This document shows positions 62,195 through 64,000 of a DNA stretch of 64,000 bases, in pieces. The position numbers and the translations under genes were made by a program. Under the pieces are notes generated by a model. It saw nothing but the letters and a program-made list of their open reading frames with translations, had not been told where the DNA came from and did no database searches. Every line of letters starts with the position of its first letter. The stretch's first letter is position 1. Source of the stretch: an uncultured Gemmatimonadales bacterium (GTDB lineage: Bacteria; Gemmatimonadota; Gemmatimonadetes; Gemmatimonadales; GWC2-71-9); NCBI GenBank assembly GCA_963728705.1, contig CAVSLY010000021.1, forward strand, positions 77,887-141,886, written 5' to 3'.

Positions 62195-62359
62195 TCAGTA
62201 TTCCGAGGAGCGGAAGGCCCAGAAGGCGATCCGAAGCGCCACCAGCGCGAACAGCCCGTAGCCGAGCGCGTGCCAGTTCAGGTTCGACGCCCAGGCTCCG
62301 AACGCTCCGGCGAAGCCTCCGACCGACGTGCTGGCGAGGAGGAGCGCGTATTCGACCAT
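62195..62359 (-). CDS. 54-aa two-helix membrane microprotein (not in ORF track)
   Basis: The sequence is MVEYALLLASTSVGGFAGAFGAWASNLNWHALGYGLFALVALRIAFWAFRSSEY. An in-frame stop lies 9 nt upstream of the ATG. The gene ends 9 nt before the GH38 start. Confidence 0.4.
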   Translation of the reverse strand: MVEYALLLASTSVGGFAGAFGAWASNLNWHALGYGLFALVALRIAFWAFRSSEY

Positions 62360-62365
62360 GTGCCC

Positions 62366-63498
62366 CTAATGTAACCGCCGAGTCGCGCGGCGGAACAGCG
62401 CCTCGTCCAGGCGGTGGGCGATGGCGCTGGCCGGCACCTCCATCGTGCCGTCGGGCGCCATCCGGAGCTCGATGACGTCCACTCCCGGGCCGAACCACCG
62501 GGTGCTCGGCTCGAGGTCGGAGGGATGGACGAAGCCGGGCAATGCGGCGGCCGCGAGCGCCGCCTGTGAGCCGAGGCCGGACTCGGGCATCGTACCAGCC
62601 CAGAGGCGGGCGCCACCCTCACGCCCCAGGCGGACGACCCGGCAGACCTCGGTGAGCCCACCCATGCGGTGCACCTTCACGTTCCAGACCCGCGGACCGT
62701 CGAGCTCCAGCAGCTGTCGCCCGGCGCGGGCGCCGGCCAGCGTCTCGTCCACGCAGACGGGCGTCCGAAGCGTCTGCGACAGGCGGACGTGGCCGAGCAG
62801 CTCGTCAGGTGCGAGCGGCTGTTCGATATAGAGCAATCCCGCCTCGTCGAGTGCGCGGAGGCTCGCCTCGTGCTCGGGCCACTCGTAGCCGCCATTGGCG
62901 TCGACGGTGAGCGGCACGCCCGTGCCCTCGAGCGCGCGGCGGACGGTGCGCACGGGCTCCGCGTCCCAGCCGGGGGCCACTTTGATCTTCACCCGGCGGT
63001 AGCCGTGGGGCAGTGCCTCGTCCACCCAGCGCTCGAGCGTGCCGAGTGAGCGGTCGGGCGGAATGCCGAGTGCAACGCCACAGGGAATCGAAGCCGAAGG
63101 CGTGAGCCCCAACCGCTCGCCGAGCAGCGCGGCAAGGCCGGTGCCCCGGCGGTGGGCCTCAAGGTCCCAGGCGGCGGTCTCGAGCGCCGCCCGTGCGAAG
63201 GGGTTGCCGCGAACGCCGTGCTGGAGGAGGGCATCGACCTCCTCGGGGCCGCTCACTTCACGATCGACGAGGCGCGGGATGAGGACGCGCTCGAGCAGGT
63301 GGCGCGCGGAGCCGAGGGTTTCCTCGGAGTAGAAGGGCAGCTCGAACGGGGCGATTCGCCGTACCCGACGTGGCCGGCCTCGTCGTGGATCACGACGACC
63401 AGCGAGCGGCGGACGGTCATCGTGCCACCGGAGATGATGAACGGCTCGCTCAGGGGGAGGGCGAGCTCATGGAGCTCGACGCGGGTCAGGCGCATCAT
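62366..63498 (-). CDS. enolase-superfamily enzyme (o-succinylbenzoate synthase / N-acylamino-acid racemase-like), one frameshift
   Basis: The N-terminus reads MMRLTRVELHELALPLSEPFIISGGTMTVRRSLVVVIHDEAGHVGYGES. The remainder is ORF 62366..63256 (RRVKIKV, LTVDANGGY, LYIEQPL, VCVDETL, VWNVKVHRMGG). The start ATG overlaps the upstream stop (TGATG). Confidence 0.7.
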
Positions 63499-64000
63499 CA
63501 CTCCCTCGCGCACAGATCGAGAAATCGCAGCTCTCCGCCCCGCCGGTGCAGCACGCCCGCCCGCTCCAGCTCCAGCATCCCGGCCACGAGGCCGTCGACG
63601 GGATGGAAGAGCAGTGCGTGGAGCGCGCGCTCGGTGCGGGAACCGGCGGTGGCGGGATACTCGCGGAGCGGCAGCTGGAAGTACGTGTGCAAAGCGACGC
63701 TTTCGCAGCCGGCACGGGCGTAGTCGAGAATCAGGCGTCCGGAGCACACGTTCCCGGTTCCGACGAGCGCGGGGCCGACGCGCGCCCGGCGCGCCGGCCG
63801 CCGCGCGCAGCACGCGCAGGTTCCGCTCGCTCAGGTCCCAGCCGCCGTACGCCACCCGCGCAGCGTCGTCCCACATCCGATTGAAGCACACCAGCGCATC
63901 CGCGCTGCGGCGGCGGCGGCCATCATCTCGAGCTGAAAGGCATCGTCGAAGCGCGCATTCATGATCTTGAGGGCGAGCCGGATCGGGGCTCGAGCTGGCG
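63498..64000 (-). CDS. dihydroorotate-dehydrogenase-like TIM-barrel protein, partial (runs off the window), frameshifted
   Basis: Fragments: PIRLALKIMNARFDD..; ..AYGGWDLSERNLRVL; ..GTGNVCSGRLILDYARAGCESVALHTYFQL. The layout resembles class-1 DHOD/DHPD family proteins. The assignment is tentative. Confidence 0.4.

Noticed and set aside
62195-62359. Flp/Fap-type pilin, suggested by the VEYAL motif
   Set aside because: The motif sits at residues 2-6 with no leader peptide or G|xxxxEY processing site. An in-frame stop lies 9 nt upstream of the ATG, so a longer prepilin is impossible. No tad/cpa genes are nearby.

Overview
This is a very GC-rich bacterial chromosomal segment. Third codon positions are almost all G/C, so both strands carry many long antisense shadow ORFs. 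I did not compute GC content or run any search; all calls come from reading the translations and the DNA.

Gene content, left to right:
- a translationally coupled thrA-thrB-thrC operon
- a PQQ-type sugar dehydrogenase
- a lysine-rich SWIB-domain protein behind a tandem-repeat control region
- an EttA-like ABC-F ATPase
- a glycogen cluster (alpha-glucan phosphorylase, GlgA, two GH57 enzymes)
- a cytochrome c
- the agmatine-to-putrescine pair aguB/aguA
- an HGSNAT-like acyltransferase, a SusD/SusC-like pair, and hutI-hutU
- a cupredoxin
- an ECF sigma / anti-sigma / DUF4097 module
- a five-gene fimbria-like operon (three paralogous secreted subunits, a chaperone-like protein, an atypical outer-membrane protein)
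- OmpA-like and FKBP lipoproteins, then tRNA-Pro
- an orphan locus driven by a near-consensus sigma70 promoter
- an MFS transporter, a LysM lytic transglycosylase, and an HExxH protein
- a REC-PAS-HK-REC hybrid kinase, then tRNA-Thr and tRNA-Leu
- an operon of a small beta-barrel plus four tandem Ig-like lipoproteins
- SURF1, an M19 dipeptidase, a YkgJ-type Cys-cluster protein, a GH38 mannosidase, an enolase-superfamily enzyme, and a partial DHOD-like gene

Many conserved genes, especially at 4.8-28.7 kb and 57-64 kb, are split over several frames by single-base indels. Several long accessory genes are intact. This looks like regional assembly error or pseudogenisation.

The best candidates for something undescribed are the fimbria-like operon at 32.4-37.0 kb, the beta-barrel plus Ig-like lipoprotein array at 47.8-56.9 kb, and two families of intergenic repeats (a purine-rich 9-mer tract and a GAAGGGGGCATGCC palindrome).
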